DNA of 64,000 nt, taken from the NCBI GenBank assembly GCA_000182565.2, contig KQ257460.1. One strand, given 5' to 3'. The translations under genes were made by a program, and so were the position numbers. Positions 60,716 to 64,000 of this stretch are shown piece by piece (position 1 is the first letter of the stretch; every line of letters begins with the position of its first letter). The notes beneath the pieces were generated by a model. That model was given only the letters and a program-made list of their open reading frames with translations. It was not told where the DNA came from and did no database searches. The DNA comes from Spizellomyces punctatus DAOM BR117. Taxonomy: Eukaryota.

Positions 60716-61445
60716 TAGTGTAGAGGTGACAGAAACTGGCACTAGCTACTACACCAGGGAATAAACCGGCGACAACCGGTTCGGAAAAGCTAAGCTACTA
60801 CTAGGCAATTATACACGAAACACGTAACGGTTGGTTCTAACCGGATAATTGCCCACCACCACACACGGTCCCTACTAGGCCTTGATCTGGAACTCTTGAT
60901 GGCATTGAAGCCAGACTCTTGCATCCAGGAGCGAATCGACTGGGCAGCGTCACAAGCCAGAGGATGTTCAGTGACGAGGCTTGGAGACTACAAAAAAATG
61001 CATGTCAGCGAGATGAATGACAGAATGACAAGAGATGCCATCAGTACATACCAACCAAGCTCAACATATGTGGCAGCATAATAACAGCTTTGTTGGTTCC
61101 GAGGCTGCGCTGGTTCCAGTTGGTTGTAATCGGGTGGGCGAGGTCCTCGGCACCACCACATCTGCATTCTCATGGTTGGACTTGAGAGTCGCGATGAGGG
61201 TTGCGCAGATGCTTTCGAGTCGAGGATGGGTAAAGAGGAAAGAGGGAAGAGGGAGCAGGTCCCCTTTTATAGACCTTCGGCATGCGCCTCACCGCAGTTT
61301 AAAAAAAAAAACATTACATGCATGCCACACCGCTGCATGCCACACCAATCTGAGCGATAGAGGGGGTTCTGATTATGCGATATGACTAACCGGATTATCC
61401 GGATAATAATGGGTCCTAGTGCCATTTTCAATCACCTCCACACTA
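60716..61445 (-). mobile_element. Non-autonomous TIR element (MITE-like), copy B
   Basis: Reverse complement of copy A with few substitutions, a 2-nt indel and a short GCATGCCACACC duplication; TA at both ends; distal flanks unrelated to those of copy A. Confidence 0.88.
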
Positions 61446-61719
61446 TGTATGGTAATTTGCTCGAGTGACATGCGGCGATCAAAAGAACATCATAAACAAC
61501 AGAGGACGAGACATCACTGCGATTATCATGCAAATGTCCGACATGACTTCTGGGTATTCTTTGTGGACATTGACTGGCTTTACATGAAAACTTCAATTAT
61601 TTGGGATCGGAGGGTTTGACTGGAACGTATCCTGGCAACCGAAATATGGCACAGCATATCGACATGCGGACTTTCAGGTAGATCCAGTTTCCTACGTTCC
61701 AACCTTCTTCCTTGCGAAC

Positions 61720-62582
61720 ATGAACAGAGCCTGGAAAGCGCTGATTCCACCGCCATATGTCAACGTCGTATTACGTCGTAGTCTTGTATCGCAATCCTCA
61801 CTGACTCCAGTGTATCATGGTCCGTTGAAGAAGACGTTGGTATTGCTCAAGTAAGGAATTCTGGTCTGGTATTTTGAACCTTTAGCGCTCTGGTAACCAG
61901 CGGGCTTGGCGTGTCCACAGGAGAGTGTCCGCAACAACCTTTGGACTCAGTGCGGTAGCTTCACCCCTATTGGCTTTTGCTGAATATGCAAACTTGGCAG
62001 TTGTTGGCACTATGATGGGAGCAGGTTCGTCGCAATAGTACCGAAAGCATGGCGCAGAATGCTAACCTTGGGTTCCCTTCTTTTATGTGCGGTCGACTGT
62101 ACTTAGCTCTAGTCACAAGTGGACTATCTACCGTGCTTGTTCAATACTGTGTAAATCCCTACGTCAGTCGGCTTCTCATTCCAGACTCTTCTACATCCTT
62201 TTCCAGCCGTACTATCATTCTAGAAACTCTGACCTTCTTTGGAAATACCCGTCAGACCGCAGTTGACCTGTCTGACATTATGCCTGCCTCCGACCGCCCT
62301 TTTGCCACATGGAAAGTACGGAATGACGCGCAAACAAGTGACGACGGAGATGCCCGGTTATTGGAGTTGATTGGTGGGCGACGTAAGTTCGGATTGAAAC
62401 GACGAAGATTTTATGTGCATCCCGAGCTCGATGAGGGATTTTCTGAGCAGATGACCCAGGTAATGCGGACCGTAAACGCAGCTGGACGAGCTGGACCACA
62501 ACAGCCGCAACCCCAGTCCAAGGCAGGCGGGAAAGCTTGGGATGATATAGTTAAAGATTTACGGAAGGAGAATAGAGCATAG
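61720..62582 (+). CDS. TMEM70/TMEM186-like mitochondrial membrane protein
   Basis: Presequence, VYHGPLKKTLVLLK|RVSATTFGLS, second TM ..STVLVQYCVNPYVSRL, LETLTFFG; two introns. Confidence 0.65.
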
Positions 62583-63005
62583 TAGAATACGTTTTAGAAC
62601 TGCTACTCTACGCTGTCGTCTAGATCGCTAGTGATCGATAATTGCTTTGTATTTATTTGACCAATTGCAGGACCACAGTCTATCTTTGTTGCAAAGCCGA
62701 TGGATGTGTAGGATGCGTTCATCCTGCGAGAGGCAAACGCGTATCGCGTCCGCCCATACACGTGCGCCCAGGTTGTTTTACCAACATCAGCAGCATTTTA
62801 AGGATCGACGGCAACAATTTCAGCATCGCGGGGTACCTACCGGCTGCAACTCAGGTTTGTTTTCCAATTGTAACGCGTTTGCTTGCTTGAAGTCTGACTT
62901 ACGCGTGCTGTCCCCATTGCCGCTACCGCCTCCTTTCAGTTCACAGCTTGAACAGCACGGAGGCAGCAAGGGTGCCTTTCCTTTGTGGAAAACTTGGCTG
63001 TCGAT

Positions 63006-64000
63006 ATGAGTGCGTTGGCAAACTTTCTGCAAAATGAGCTCCTTACATTGTCGAGTGAAGCGCGGCGAAAGCATCCAGAAATAAAGGAGGTAAGGATGAT
63101 TCGGCGCTCTGGGTGAAATTCACGGGAACGTGGGTCATGAAAGAAGTTTGCGCCTCCCGAGTATTCACATGTCTTTTTTTTCAGGCAGCGGAGCGACTAC
63201 TGTACATTTTGCGCGCTCTCAAAGAGCGGCCTCAAACACAACCAGTGCCAGATGGCGTGGATATTGTTGCAGTGGGTCTGTTGAGCTACTGAAGATCCCA
63301 AAAATATGAGTGGACGATGACTGTTAGGGTTCATCTTGCGCAGAGCTTGCAAAGACGGACGAAGCGTTAAGGCCGTTCATCATGTCTTGCGAAACCAAAA
63401 ATGCGAAACTCGTGCCTACAGCCGTGGGGTGCTTGCAGCGACTGATAACGCATCAGGCCATACCAGAGGTATGACCTCAATGCATGCTCCCTGCCCATCA
63501 TTTCTATCGAGTTCTCACACCTGCAGTCCCTAAAATTCTAGGCGTCCATTATGCTGGTTTTGAAGACGCTATCCGATCTGATCACTACCAGTGTTGAGCT
63601 GCAGTTGAAAATCTTGCAGACCGTACTACCGCTGTTGACCAATTACCGTAATGTTCATGGAGAAGTACTGGCTGAAGTTAGTCATGCGACTATTCTGAGC
63701 GGACACACTTTGGACGAGGTTGAAAGTAACCAGATATTTGCATAGGCATTATTTCTCTGTTTCCGGCTACAAGAGACAAAATCTCCTATTGTGAATAATA
63801 CTGCGGCTGCCACAGTTCGTCAATTGGTCACATTTGTATTCGACAAGGTGGCCACGGAGGATGAACGGGCCAACGTTGAAACAGGTCTGACGTGCATGCG
63901 GCGAGTGCGCGGTCAATGTGCGGCTAAGGTCTTACTTTTAATAGGGAACACGGATTTCAACGCGGTACGCCCTTTAAGCCTTTCAGGGCAGGATGCCTGC
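63006..64000 (+). CDS. MON2: Mon2 (Arf-GEF-like endosomal trafficking protein), 5' part
   Basis: [81 protein letters not shown]. Runs off the window. Confidence 0.9.

Noticed and set aside
60716-61445. Solo-LTR interpretation (TGT...ACA ends plus TATA box)
   Set aside because: No 4-6 bp target duplication around the TG/CA ends in either young copy, and the inverted termini are ~30 bp long. Not fully excluded.

Overview
Intron-rich eukaryotic DNA, most likely from a zoosporic fungus (chytrid-like). Fungal-type genes (WC-2-like, Zds1-like, PMT2, Met10-type sulfite reductase) sit beside centriole/flagellum genes (CEP78-, SPICE1-, STPG2- and TTBK-like) and a Frizzled/Smoothened-like receptor. 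About 21 protein-coding genes, four identical tRNA-Lys(UUU) genes and a family of ~720-bp TA-flanked TIR elements (3 full copies, 1 fragment) are supported. The most striking item is one ~1530-aa ORF fusing a CysG-type siroheme synthase (Met8-like domain plus a degenerate-looking SUMT) to a complete Met10-type sulfite reductase flavoprotein. Other highlights: MITEs carrying a TATA box and a spliced mini-ORF, a putative GPI-anchored surface protein with an HF/S autoproteolysis-like motif, and three adjacent centriole/axoneme genes. All family calls come from motif recognition by eye, not database searches. Exon boundaries are inferred from GT-AG sites and frame continuity.
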